37,912 nucleotides of DNA from Catajapyx aquilonaris. Its lineage: Eukaryota. Each line of letters begins with the position of its first letter. The stretch's first letter is position 1. Below the pieces are notes generated by a model, which saw nothing but the letters and a program-made list of their open reading frames with translations, searched no databases and was not told where the DNA came from. Position numbers and translations under genes: made by a program. Below are positions 1 through 13,900 of this stretch, piece after piece. The DNA lies in NCBI GenBank assembly GCA_000934665.2, contig JYFJ02003761.1:1-37912 (forward strand), in the 5' to 3' direction.

Positions 1-571
1 CCTACACCCCCGGTCCGGAAAAAGAGTGCAGCTTTTCCACAGTGGTGGGGAAAACGACTCTCCACCCCACAACGTTTCCCTGGAGGTTCGGCTTAATCAA
101 AAGTAGTTTTGCAGAGCTGTGTGTTTTGCAACTACCGGGCAACACATGGGAAAGGTTGTCCGTCCTACCCAATTTAAGGGAGGAAATTAATTCACTGCTG
201 GTTGAGTGGTCAGTACGTTTCATTAGATGGATATTTCAAGAGATGCACGTGGATGGCGTTGATGGCATGGCCTTCCGCACGGACTGAAAATACAGCGTTT
301 AGTATTGGAGTTGGCCGGGTTGTTCGCCATTTGCGGTTGGTGTTTGGGTAACCAAGGGAGGACTAATGACATTGTGTTCAAGTCCGATTTGATTTGGAAG
401 AATGATTTTAACAAGCAATATCTCAAACCCATGTCCTTGTCAAATTGTTATTATTTTGATTGAGGAGATTAGGATTTGGCCATTTGCAATATTAGCAACA
501 GCACATTCATTACGGTACCGGAAGTGACCTTTTGGGATATTGAAATTAAAAGTAAAAATACTTTCCAGGTC

Positions 572-638
572 AACACGTGCCGGATGTAATATTAATATTG
601 GCCCTACGCCAATATTAATATTACATCCGGCACGTGTT
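572..638. repeat. Perfect 31-bp inverted repeat with a 5-nt loop
   Basis: AACACGTGCCGGATGTAATATTAATATTGGC - CCTAC - GCCAATATTAATATTACATCCGGCACGTGTT, no mismatches. Confidence 0.95.
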
Positions 639-3600
639 TTTATAATCAAAAAGCTTGAGTGAGCTGCTTGTATTCAGTATGTTCTAAAATTAACATTAAT
701 TTCAGCTTCAGCATATAACATAGTCTACTACTACACCTGCATGCAGCAGACTGTAATGTGACTGTACAATAGTTATATGCCAATATTTCTCCGTTTCTCC
801 AATGTACCCACATGTGCAAATATGTTAACTAGGTTCATACTGTTGCACTTCCTCTGAAGAGCATATTCAAGCCAACTTCACAGTATCTCCAAGACTCCAA
901 AATTGGTTTAGACCCCATAACAAGTGCACCACGAAGATGCGAATAGTATTCTGAATTTGGGCTTCCAAGTTCATTTTTCAAAGCGACCTGGCTGAACCTG
1001 AGGAAATAGACCTCAGCCCCGGATCACTTTTGACTAACGCAGGCAGCCCAGAAGAGGACAGGCGGATCGATCAAATGATCGAGAAGCCGTCCATCAAGAA
1101 GCGTCCTGGGGAAAGACGGCGGCAGGGGTGGGGAAGGCGGAAGGGAGTCGCGGGGAGAAGGGGAAACGAAAAAAAAGATTCCCAATTTGCCATGGACGCG
1201 TCTGAGAGGCGCCCCTTTTGCGGCTGCGATTATGCCTGCAGAAAAGGACATCTTTCTCGAGAGAGTGTCTAGCAAAAGGCAAGCAAGCAGGGGCTGGCTG
1301 GCTATTGCCTCGACTCTTTATGGGGGGCTGGAGAAACAAGGCCAGGCCGCACCCCTGAGGCGGAAATGAGCGCTGCGGTTGCACTCAGATTGCAGACCAA
1401 AAAGGCCAGGAGGCAAGTCGTGTAGGCCGCGCTTGGGGGACATTTCAACGGGATCTACGAGCTGGAAGGAATTGGCTTCCATCTGCGATAATGTGTCACT
1501 ATACGCCGGCCCCCTCCGACTCAGCCGGGGGGTTCATCCAGACCGCACATGTACGCTGAAGAAAACGACGGGGACGGTGACTCGCTTGCTACTGCTAGGC
1601 CTGCAACCTGAAGCCTTTTGTTTTCTGCACTTCGGGTCTACCGGACCGTTAACTGGCGGCCATGCTTGGGTCGAGCTGGGTGCGTTGCACTTCTAAAAGA
1701 GTTGTTGCTGCCTACCCGGACCACTCGGTCGCATCTGACGACACTTTTCATGCGGATGTTAGGCCGGTGGGGTGCTCAGGATGCCAACTTGTTGATATTT
1801 TTCGGCCATCAAGTGTAAGAAACAGGGAGCCTATCAAAAATATCAGTGTGAGTGCATCAAATTGTTGCTTTCACAAGAACCTCTGTAAATTTTGGTCTGT
1901 TGCTTTCAAATCGTGGCTGCACTGAACGATATCCATCATGGGTCGATTTATCTCAAATGGTTTCTAGTGGCTGCTCATGATTTTCCTTCTGAATGCTTCC
2001 GAATTTTCTATGCTTCTCCAATTCTTCTAGTATTGTGGCGTTCAGATGCGTGAGATTTTGGTTCAAAAATGCTCATTAACGCAATAAAGCATAACGGGTA
2101 TAAATGAGGCATATCATCCTGTGCCCTATCATTTCTTGAAGACGGAAAATGAATCTTCGAATGAATTTTGCAAGATACAACTCAACCTCACATTAACCAA
2201 TTTGATCCAAACTCACAAACCCCCATTTTACGTACACCCTATGGAGACCAACATAGAAAGCAACTTGTGGACCACGCGGAAACCTAGTCAATGGACCTAT
2301 AGTGATTTGTCATAGTTGTTAAAACAACAAGCGGTTAATTCCAACAAAAGCATAATTAAGTTAGTGAAAAGAACGCTAGCGAAGTATTTATACACCGTGA
2401 ATGCGCTTTTGCAGAACAAAGCCTTGATTCACTTCACTCTGCCTCGTTACTCATTACAAAAAAGGGCAGTCAGGAGTGGGATGAAAGTCATTCGAGTCGA
2501 TGATTGACGGGTTACATCAAATGTGTAAGACAAATTACATACAAAAAAGGCAACCCCCGTGTAAATAGATGGCGAGTGTCACAAGTTTGTCGTCGCAAAG
2601 TAATGGCCGTGTCAGCACCAGCAACATGTTCTTTGATCTCGCGTAATACGCTCTTGAACACGTCCTGAACCGTCATTATTGAATTATTGTGCTCATGGTT
2701 AAAAACATTTTTTGCTCAATTTACTAGATAATTTATTAAAAGTGTTGATTTCCGCAATACACGCACTTTGTCGTGTACCTCAACCGCTTTTGTGCCCTAA
2801 TAAAAAGACATTATTCCAATTGGCCACTATGTCGCTGTGTTGCCTGACAGCCATTGCAGAATTATTGACAATAGCGCCAGAACACAACCGTCCAGTCCAA
2901 TAATAATAATTAGTATCACCCTGTGTACCTAATCAAGCCTACACCAATCACATATCGGAAATGCTCCTAGTTGTTGCCTGTTTTTTCCGTAATAATGCCA
3001 TGCGTATGATAAACGTACCGCATCTTCGCAATGATATATAGTGCTATAGAGAGAGCTGAGATTTAAGCCTAAGTTACACATGCCTAGAGGCTTATTATGG
3101 ATACATGGGCAGCTGAATCGGTGTCAGAACTTTGAGCAAAGTCAATACGCAAACTTTCGAGGCTGGGGACCCATCCTGACAGACATTTTCCCTTCATGGC
3201 AACGAACGCAGCAAGAGTAATTAATCCTTTACTCTATTAGAGCTCGCAATGTCTATGCTCGTGCTTAAAACTGCATTAGAGCTCGGAGAAAAGGGTCGGG
3301 AATTAGCCCGAATCTTGCTAACTGAGTAGTAAATGAGACAGATCGGGAAAGGATCTGCCGGGGATGGATGGATTCCATCCTCGACACTTCCATCCAAGCC
3401 TTAAAGCAACTTGCCGACTAATAAGAATCCAGGCGGAAAATGGCGGCTTCTTTGACAGATGCCTGGATCAATTGAGCCTGAAAAGAGATCAACTTGCTAT
3501 CAGATTACAACCTTAACAGAGGTTGCGAGTCTATTACACAGTAGGCTCCAGCGGAGTCTCTATTTTCCAGCCGGATTTTGCTGATGAGCGGTGTTTGAGC

Positions 3601-4226
3601 ATTCATTAGGATTCGTCGCTTCGTCACCTGCTTGAAAGCTGAATGATCAGCGATATTATTGCAATAGTTGTCAATCTGGACGCTTTGGGATTTCACTCGC
3701 ATCGAGGATCCTGAGCGATGTGCAAAAGTGGATGAACCATGAAAATAGTAATAGTCATCAAGCGTTGCCGGTCATTATGGGAGGTACAATGACATCAAAT
3801 TGCAGAAAACGTTCCTGTTACTTGGAAGCTGGTCTGGCATTGTTATAATAGAAGCAAAGCAGCTTGCTTCCAACTTTAATCCAGTCCCTTGGGAGATGGT
3901 TGCCGACCACAACACTAAATTGGCAAGACGGCTAAGAAGTCTAATTGAATTAAGGGTATTTCCTTGGAGAGTGCATTCTTGATTTGAGGGCATGTGGAGT
4001 ATGAAGTAGGCTGCAAAGTACACGCCTAAGGATCAGGAGAATTGGTGTCACGACGGTTAACCTAACTTTACTTAAGGGAACATCATTAGCTTATTTAGGA
4101 AAATAAATAACATACGAAATAACATAAATCAGTAAATGTTCATATAGATACCTACTTGTGAAGTATAACACATGACCGAAGTGAGCACAAAATGTATATC
4201 TTTCTGCATAATTATATTACTGTGTA

Positions 4227-4437
4227 CAAGGTGTCTAAACTTTTTTATCCGAACAGTTCTCGGAAATATTGCTCTATAAGCTGCTACTTTGTAAGCAGTG
4301 ACTTGCAACCGATTTGTCGGAGGAATGGGGAATATTCCCTGCGAATCTTAGGTTGAAGTGGCATACACTGCTTACAAAGTAGCTGCTTAGTGCAATATTT
4401 CCGATAACTGTTCGGACAAAAAAGTTGAGACACCTTG
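4227..4437. mobile_element. MITE (Tc1/mariner-type), 211 bp, TA target-site duplication
   Basis: TIRs of about 72-74 bp (4227-4300 vs 4366-4437; 5 mismatches plus a 2-nt indel) starting CAAGGTGTC. Flanked by TA at 4225-4226 and 4438-4439, with an internal palindrome GGGAATATTCCC. Confidence 0.9.
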
Positions 4438-5185
4438 TATATCCATGAGATATTTAATGTTCAGATTTTTAATTAGATAAATAAAATAAATAGCCTAAGA
4501 CAGTGTGAGGCATGGAATTGACACATCATTTTGTAACACATTTTTGTGTGCATCATTTATTACAATAGTCTACTTTCATTGCATCCAGTAGCTCTATACG
4601 TATAAGTTTTTAAGGTCTGGTATTGGGAAGCTTTCCTTCAGGAGTACTTTACAGAGCTGGGGAGATTTAACCAGATACTTCCAGAATCCCATACTTCATC
4701 AGCTTCGTCTGGGAAGTGTTGCCGAAACAGATGATTAGTGATAACTTGGACTCCATGTATAAGTCAACTTTTAACCACATTTCAAACAGAACATAAAGCA
4801 GCTTTGGTGGAAGAGTAATATTTTGTATAAGGGGGTACTATATATGTCAAAAAAGTTTTGGACACACGTAACCTGTGCCTCTATAATATAGTCTATATTA
4901 TTAGAACTTCAGAAAATGAAATTATGTCCTTATAAAATAATACCATACTAACGTGCTGACGGTTATATACCTCCAGGATATGACTGTTCCTAACTTTTTT
5001 TTGTTACACCGCTGTCTCGATTTTTAAGTATCTCCAGCATATTTTGATTAATACATTTATAATTCTCAGGAAATAGGCAGCATGCAAAACACCAACGTGA
5101 GTAAATAAGAGCTTCTCCATGTTACATTTTGGCTTTTTGGCATTTATCGCGCAGTTTCAATTTGTGCATGCAGAAATCTAGGCCA

Positions 5186-5210
5186 GTTACACAACTTTCC
5201 GTCCACCCTG
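5186..5210 (-). mobile_element. Possible orphan mariner-like TIR
   Basis: The reverse complement reads CAGGGTGGACGGAAAGTTGTGTAAC (CAGGGTG start). No partner TIR was found and the flank is TG rather than TA. Confidence 0.25.
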
Positions 5211-5834
5211 TGCAGCGGAATTGGAGTAGATAAAGTCAGTGCTCTGTATATGGATCACTTTGTCACATTTGTATGAATGAGGTCCTATTACTGATATCAA
5301 ACGTAATTTTATTGCCCGATATGCGCAGCGCATTCAACACTCTGACTTTTGACACCGACACCGCTGTCGCCTGAATAAACCGCAAAAAAAACCCTCCACA
5401 CGTTAGCCTTCCACAGTAAGGCCGTCATGTGTATAGGCCCACAAACCCAGAATCGGCAATAATTCCAGCCCATAACTCATCTCCGGAAAAGACAACATTG
5501 CATTTCTTGTCATTGACAAACGCCGCTTCATTTAGCAGCGCAATCAATGTAATTCTTCCTAGTAACGATCCATGTGCCTCAACAGATATTTTTTTCTCCC
5601 CCTCCTCCTCTTTCCTGGTCGCTCCCCGGGTCGTCCGCGAGGGCTGACAAACACCCATCGAATTACTGACAATGGGGGTGACGAATGAGGTCATTAGTGT
5701 TGTTTATACGGTCACCGGACTGAGATCAATTCCGGCAGCGCATTACTGTAGGGTCGCGCCGCCGAGCTCTTTGCCAAAAGATTGGCCCCTGGGATCAGCA
5801 AAGTTACAGTCTCGTTGGGACTTGCGAAGGGGAA

Positions 5835-5858
5835 GGGGGGGGGGGGNGGGGGGGGGGG
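5835..5858. repeat. Poly-G run containing an N (5847)
   Basis: 24-nt G homopolymer with one ambiguous base, in a purine-rich context. Confidence 0.9.
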
Positions 5859-8800
5859 AAAGAGGGGAAAGGAATCCAGATGGTATCTCACACACTTAGG
5901 GTATCGAATAGGAATTGGCCTACTTCTGTGCCCCATGTGCTGTTGTGGGGCCGAACTGGGTTGGCCATGATTTTTCTCCAAGTTTTTTTTTCGCAGTAAT
6001 CAGTGGAACGAAATGAGTGTCCACAAAGTGACCTTTTGCCAGACAGGAGCCAAGGACGGGGGATAAAAAGCGAGTAGGGCTCATGTCCAGCTTGTACGGA
6101 TAAAATATTGCCCGAATAATTTCTTGGCGTATGGCGTGAATAATGTCGTGGCAAGTGACGCAATGCGATTGCTACTATTGTTTATGCCCAGCTGGTAGTG
6201 CGCACACGCAGCCATTTATATACTCCTCCGATATATCTAGGAGAGAAAAAAAAGTGACACCTTTTTTGGGAAGAGATTCTATCTGGGTCGCGAAAAATAA
6301 ACTCAAAATCTTAGCTCCCGAGAGATGAAGCGAAGGCGGCGAGTTATCTGTCTCAGCTCTAGCTGGCGTTTATCAGGCGGCCGTCTGCATTGGTCTCCAG
6401 GGTGGAACACTTTAACCTCTGCTTGTACTCCGGGCAAAAGTTGTGACAGGGCTTCCGGATATTTCATCCCCAGGAAACAATATTATCGGGTCCGAATCTC
6501 CAGGCGCTAACCGCCTAACTGATGCTGCTTCTGAAATTGTTGTCCGGTAGATTCATTAAGATTTTTTAAATTATTAGCATGCTTTGTGCTAAGTAGGGCA
6601 GTCAAAATAATTGTTGGCGGTAAAAAGACTAAGGAAGGCTTCCGGATAAAAAAAAAGGAATACAGCAACGCTCGCTCAGCAATGCGATCGAAAATTTGGT
6701 GGAGAGCCCAAAGCCATTACGTACTGACAGGATGGAAATAAATGACTCGGAATGAAAAGGGGAAAGTGGCTTAAAATGTCGTTTGAGACGAGACGTGGTT
6801 AGAAAATTCGGAAACGGAGAAGAAGACTCGATGCTTGCGGATGCCAATCTTAAACGGGGGGATGCTGACGTGACATGTTCCTGACTATGGCCAAATTTTG
6901 CAGTTTCCCTTGGTGTTTCAAGTGTCGAAGAGGATAAGGCTGTGCAATTCGGGTAATTCCAGGGGCCCTCCCTAAGCGGCGGAGCACTAATTGCAAAACG
7001 CAGCAGCTCGCAAGCGGAAATCGAAAGAACCTCGGAAATAGTTTCTTGGTGGGTGCCAGAGGAATTTTCTCTCGGGGTCACTTTTAATAAAAATTAGACA
7101 TCCCTTGTTGGGGAAGATTTCATTAGATTCACAGGCAGGCGCTCACTCTGCCTTCTTTTCTTTCGGAGGGAACAGACAAGTGGAATTTTCACGAATTCAT
7201 CAAGTCTAGGGGATCTGAAAAAATAGAGAAATTCTGTGACAAAAGGTCTAACCTTGTAGGGCTCGATATCTTGACCATTTTGACTGGGTATTAAATTCTC
7301 TTGGACAAAAAGGTCATAAATCACTGCACAACACCAATACACCTCTTTTATCTCCATTAGATCCTAGTGGTCCAAGAGACGCGGGGTGCTTTTAACAGGC
7401 TACTTGGAGGTCCGCAGTCACCAGAAAACACCCTTTTATTAGTCACGTGGGACTCAAACGGCTGGTCATCCGCAGTCCAAGGCATTTATGGTCTCGTCAA
7501 GTTGTTAATCATCAGACATCACGGCTTCTACATACACCGTGCTGGTGGGGAAGAGCCAAGTGTCTGTCACTCCATGAGAATACTGATTTGTTTCTGCTCG
7601 TATAAACCAGGAAATGGAGGCGCTGGAATAATAGTCTGTTGCGATGCTCCGGGTCTCCAGCTGGATTGCACTGTAAGCTCTCGCATTGTCACAGGGGTTT
7701 AAAATGTCGTCATAATATGCAAAAGTTGCATATCCCGCTTCATTCCTGCCCCATATTTTGCGTATTTACATGCAAGGGACTGGTGGAAATTAATAATGTG
7801 ATACAGAACGCCAACATTTTCACATGCGAACAAACATCATTGGTAGAAATAAAAGTTTGCTTTTCCTGCCGTAGTGAAAGCGTTCTGAATAAAATATGAC
7901 ATTGAAATGCGTCGGCGTTTACAGCCAGACAAAACCTTTTAGAGGCTACTGTGCACACGCTTGTTTGCCATTCCACCTTGTACACAATATTTAATTGATC
8001 CGGAAAAAAACACAACAACTCCTATGGCAAGTCTCACTATTGAATGCATAATATACGAGTACAAAGCGTTTTTAATGGAGACTTTATGGTTTCGACAGAA
8101 TATTTTATCAGACGCATTTGTGCAATTATCGAACAACATAATTCCGAGTCAAATAAGCTGCATAAGCTGCCACAGGCGCATGTTTTCCCTAATCCTACTG
8201 CACTAAACTTGATTTTAAAAATGTGGTAAGTTTTTTTTAAACGCGCGAAATTTGGAATATATTCAGTCTGACACATGTAGAAGCTTCTAAGAGAACTGGC
8301 ACATGGCAGTGGAGGCTTTTTCTAGTCAGATGAGTTTATGCTTCTACCATTACTTGGCAATATGAGGCTAAAATGGGAAATTTTCTCTCCTCGCCTAGAT
8401 TATTCATCCACCACGGGCATTATAAATTGAAAATCAATAGCCATACCTCTCGGGAAAGGAGAAGTAATGTGCGTATTACAATTCGTCCCAGTCTATCGAT
8501 TCTTAGGAAAAAAACAGAGGGCAGAGAAAGTAAAATGGGAGGGAAGAAAAATATATATGGAAGAAGAAAAACCTTGTGAGAAGTTTGGCTGTCGAAATAT
8601 CAGTTTCCTCGTTTATCCAGAGCAAGTTCATTTCCTTTGCATATGAATGTCGGTCGGATTACCTTTCAGCCCTCAATAAAGCTGCTAATAAAGAGTTAAC
8701 TTGCTCGTAACTCTGAGCAAAGGACCGCAATGAGCATGTGATGATTGGCAAAAGTTCCCAGCGGACCTCCCTGGACTCGTTTCCCGTACTGATAGTTATG

Positions 8801-10810
8801 TGGAAAGTCTGTCCCTGGCTCGAAAAGTGGGCCGAATTTTGACAAGTCAAACTGTTATGATCGCGATTGTTAAGAAAGTGTCCAGACATTGTCCGGAAGT
8901 GCTTTGGAAGAGTTTTTACTCCAAAATAACTCATGTTGATCAGTATGTCGTGCCCGTTTAAAATATATAAATTTTCTTGGATATGCTGCTGCCATGATTG
9001 TTCCAGGTAGATATACCACAAGCTTTAGGGAAGTTACTCAGTTGCTATATATACCTTCTGATAACTTCGTTTAACCTCTTTGTTCGCTCGGAACACCGAC
9101 TGTAGTGTTCACAAAGTAACACAACAAGGTTATAATTATTGCTCTCTTTTAGATTTTAAAAAGCTTAATCACCAGGCATGTGCCATAGTTTTAATTTTCT
9201 TCGCCAGGGGCTCTCACATAACTGCGTCGTGTACAGACAGTATAGAGGGTGTGAACACATTTACCCAGTACAGTATTTGCATTACGCCCTGTGGCTAACC
9301 AGGTCAAAACTGCTGTATATGCCGTAGCATAATGAAGCACCGCGTAATAAAGTGAGCCAAGCTCGAACCCTGTTGGTTTCCTTTAAGGACAACAGCGCCG
9401 TGGTGTAATAACTACATATCTTGTCTCCAGCAGTCCGTGTCCGTGCAAAGGAAGTTATTAGGCTATCAGAAACAAACTGGGTTCTTCCTAGCCCACAGCT
9501 TTCGCTTGCTCTGACACAATGGGTAATATCCGGTTGTTCACTTCCTGAAGCGAGCCTGAGCAGCTTCGGCCAGCGCTTGGAAGGAACCCGCGCAGAAAAA
9601 TCGGCGCAATCTGATCCGGCTGTAATCCTCTTCGGTACCACACAAAACTAATATTTCCTCCTTTAGGGGATCTCATCCAACAAAGAGTGTCGTCCCCTAC
9701 AAATAATGTGCCGTGATTGATATATAAAACAATGCGGTTTTTGGTCCTGCTGCTTTAGCTTATTCCGATTGCATAATCAGATAGACCAATCAAACGCTCA
9801 CCATATGCACGTGTGATTGCGTTTATTATCTGCAGCAGGTCCCTGTCAGTAAATAATAACTGTACACAAGTTAGCACTTTCCGGTCGTTTGACGCATCGG
9901 AATGGCTGACGTGCAAGTGCTGCAAATATTGCGACGCCATCAGATCCCAGCTGCTCTTCATATTTCCGGGGCGGGGAAAAAATGCGGTGTCGTGCGTTGC
10001 ACGTCATTGGTTACCCGTACGTCATGAATTTAAATGAACGACAATATGCACCGCACAGCACTTCTAAAAAAATAATGGAGGCAATATGTTATGTGACAGG
10101 ACGTCTGTTGGATGCACTTCCAGCGGAAATCGTTAAAATTTTCTGCCTGATCAGATTTCAATTACAGTCAATTGGGACGTAAAATTTTGCGGACTTTTAC
10201 CAAAATCTGGTGCATCATTCGTTTTCTAGTAATGACTCAATGATGACATTTTCGCAGGCCTATAGGGCGTGCCAAGAAAAGACATCTAATTTTTAAAAAT
10301 GATTTATGCTTCTGTTATTAATGTAGCAGGTGTCACGCATAAGAAATTAGCATATAGGGCTTGATTGATTACAGGTCGTTTATAACAGCCTCTCAGATCG
10401 TCTCCGATAGCGGAGGTGATTATCTGTGGATACGCATTCAATATTGCCTCTTACAGCCCTGCTTCCATGCCTCACTGTGTACATGGTGAGGTAAACAGTG
10501 CAGGTATGCTACCATTATTTAAAAAATGAATTTGCTACGCATGTTACCTGTATTATACGAGTAAAGAAAGGAAACTCCGAGTTATTGGAAATAGTTGGAT
10601 AGCAAATTAAATTAGGTCAGATTCATGGAAACTCAGGATCTGAACGTCATTGATAAAATGGGCATGTTTGCTGCGAGCAAGTAGGCTGGATATGCAGGGA
10701 AGGCTTAAACTACTATTTAACCTCATTGAGAAGTAGCTAGTTTAGTGATGTCATATCAGTTGGCTTATTGAAAAATAGCAGCCTTGAAAGTAAAAATATT
10801 TCAATTAATA

Positions 10811-10936
10811 CAGTGTGATTCAAAATACTTGTCCTACTGCTATGGGTTTGTTGGCACTAAGCTGCTTATTTTTAGCAGTTTCGTTTGCATAATTACTTAG
10901 AACTAATGGTTATGCAAAGTATTTTGGATCACCTTG
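10811..10936. mobile_element. Small MITE (Tc1/mariner-type), 126 bp, TA target-site duplication
   Basis: Left end CAGTGTGATTCAAAATACTT vs reverse complement of the right end CAAGGTGATCCAAAATACTT (17/20). TA on both sides (10809-10810, 10937-10938). Confidence 0.75.
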
Positions 10937-13900
10937 TATATTAAAAATTGCATTAAATATTAAATCTCTTTACAGTGTATTTGTAATACTACATCAGCGC
11001 CTGGTATGCAACTACACCCACGCTATGTGTATAAAATGGCGTGCGAGTATAGACACGTACAGGGTATCTCTTGCAAGGAAAATTTATCCTTAAATCCGGC
11101 ATAGTAACTGTTTATGTTGAGTGATTCATAAAATGGTGTTAGATGAGCGATGCTGATCAGCGCAGTAACACGTGCAGTAATCCCACTACATGAGAAAAGC
11201 TTGCCTTCAGTGAGCGAGAATGTAGACTCACGTTCAATTTTTTTTTCCCCTGGCAAAATCCAAAGCTTCGTTTCAATTCATTAATTCCAACAATAAAAAC
11301 CGAACTTTATGCACGGCAGGAAATGAGTAAACGAAGCGCATAAAAAGTTGAGATCTCCTGTGATTAAAGTTTTAGTGTTTGCGGCGTGCGCAGCATCCCC
11401 CAGCTTTATTTCCCTTGTTTGAAATTTCATTTTAGGATCGGGTAGGAAAAGTCGCTTCTTTGGCGATCATTAAATTGAGGTATAGGGCACGATTTTCCAA
11501 CCAGAACTATATTTTTTCTCTCAAACTTGCAGTTGCAATTATTCAATTTGGAGTTTCATTTTTTTTGCGACGTCATAAACGCAGCTAGTGGTCTCTCAAC
11601 GTATATAGAGTACGTCCATGTTGACTAAACGTATATAAATATTGTGAGTTTCATCATGGGCATATAGCCACTGCAACAATAGCCTGCTATTCAGTCCGGA
11701 ACTTCAGCCGTCGTATTAGCGACCATTAGAGTCATTTCTTCCGTAATAACATTGCTCATGTGATTATAAACGCAGTTGTTTGCGTCGAGGTTCAAATGAA
11801 GGATTTTCACTGCTGGGAGTTAATGTAGCGCACAGAGCCGGGCGCCCTTTGTTGCAATGCAAGCTAAACCGGATGTGCTTAGCAGATATGATTTCACGAT
11901 TACTTGGGAGTCATACTTTTTTATGGGCCACATATGGCCACGTTTGCATGTGCAGTGCACATACTGCTCCCGCTCGCATAAAAGATAATCCACAATTTAT
12001 AATCAATAAGAAGGGTTAATTTTGGCGACCTAACAGGTTTATTTTCAGCGTCGAACGCGACAAACATAATTATCTCCATAAATTTAATTAATGACTTGCT
12101 TTGTAGTCCACTCCTAGCCTTCAGCAGTTTTATGGCAGCCAATCAAATTTAACTCGTGCGTTATAACAATCTTTGAATAGTGCCTGCCGACCTTATGTTT
12201 TTCTTATCAGACCGTAAACCTTGGCGTGGTTTATGGAAGGTGGGCGTGGAGAAAAAAGTATCCAGTTCGTTAAGACGACGCGATAGTCATTCGTGCTTGT
12301 TTGGAGTTAATCTCTCTGGATTGTAATATCGCGGCGACAATTTTTCACCTGCTCATAAAAAAGATGCTAAAGTGTAAAATTTTCTGGCCTGCATGCACAT
12401 CTACCTATACACACACCGAAATAGCATAATATTGAGATAGAAGCTGATCCAGGAAACCGGCTGGACGTGGCAAAACCGTGGTGCCACAGAAGAGAAGACC
12501 AATGTATAGAGAGGCTCCGCATTTGTGCCCGAGAAGCTGCTGCAGTGTCCAATCAAACGAAACAATGTCCTTAGTGTGGCGAGCTCCCAACAATTTAAGC
12601 GTGCTGTCCCTCCCCCCTCCTGGTCGACGAGTGTGCTTGCCGCACTGGAAATGATACCGTGTTGGATGATGGATGTGTTTGTTATTTGTTTTTCCGGCAG
12701 AGAGGCTCCCAAGAGAAGAAGCCCTGGAGCCAGTGCGAAATGCGCTTCGGGGCATCATTTGCGCTCGCCTCTACCCCGCCGCTAAAATGGACTGTTAACG
12801 CGTCGCTTCCATGGGACAACTGAAAAATATCATTGCGCCCCTTTTCCGAAATCAACACGCAATTGGGCCTATTAATCAGGGGCCATGGGGATGAGACCAG
12901 TGATTAGCGCGCCGTCCTGTAGGGTCAACCACTCCAAGCCACCCTCATTTTTTCTCTCACCCTGGATCGTCTATTTCCACTCGAATTGGCTAGACACAGC
13001 GATACACTATGCGGGATTGCGATTCGGTACAGGGTGCTGCCGGAAGGGCTGGACTAAACTCGATTTGCAAGTTATAGTTTGGAGTGATATATCTGGTGGA
13101 GGCTCCACAATAAAGAGCGACTTGATATTTGCTTTGTCGTTGTTGGAGCTTAAGATATGCCAATGACCAATCTGCTGCTGCAATATTTATTTTATAGCGA
13201 GCTCTTGATGTATTATACGAGCATGGAAAACTGGGTGCTGTATTTTTTTTGTATGTCAGAAACGTTCTGGCATTGAGGGATCCTACGCTATACAGTATAA
13301 TCATCAGGCTTTTCCTTCATAGTTTTCTATTGTAATGCTACGTCGTTAACGGTTACGTTTTTGACATTTTTCACATCTACATTTTCGATTTGTTTTGAGT
13401 AATGTGTACCTAGATTGACTTTCTAAATCATGTAAGTTATTTCAACAACTCAGAATCCGCGCCGTAAATTACGTTATCTGGGCATAAAGTAGGTTAGGCA
13501 AGGTAAGATTACTTTTGTTTATGTAACACTATGACCTCTGCTTTCTGCATTGAAAAGCGCGCCCCCATTCTACCCGGTATCCTATAAAGTGGATACAGGA
13601 ATAGTACCATGATAGTATCGTTGATCCCATTTTGCAGCTCTAACCTGATTAGGGATCGGGTGCCTCACAGTGAAAGCGCCGGCTATAAACACACATTCGA
13701 CTATTTCGACTCCTATAAGCACGAGAGAGTGCCCTTCCCAAACATGCGGCCGAGAAACGGAAAATCCAGACAGCTAATAGTCTAAACATTGTCACTTCGT
13801 AATTTAAAATGGCATCCCCTATTGCCTGCAGCAGAGTTTGTTTCTTCACACGTACGCTACTGATTGTCTAAATATTAATTTTTTGTTTTATGCCATCGTT

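Noticed and set aside
4504..10476. 13-bp inverted match GTGAGGCATGGAA (near 4505 and 10463), one copy next to CACTGTG (RSS/Transib-like heptamer)
   Set aside because: 13-bp matches are expected many times by chance in a window this size. No nonamer, TSD or extended homology.
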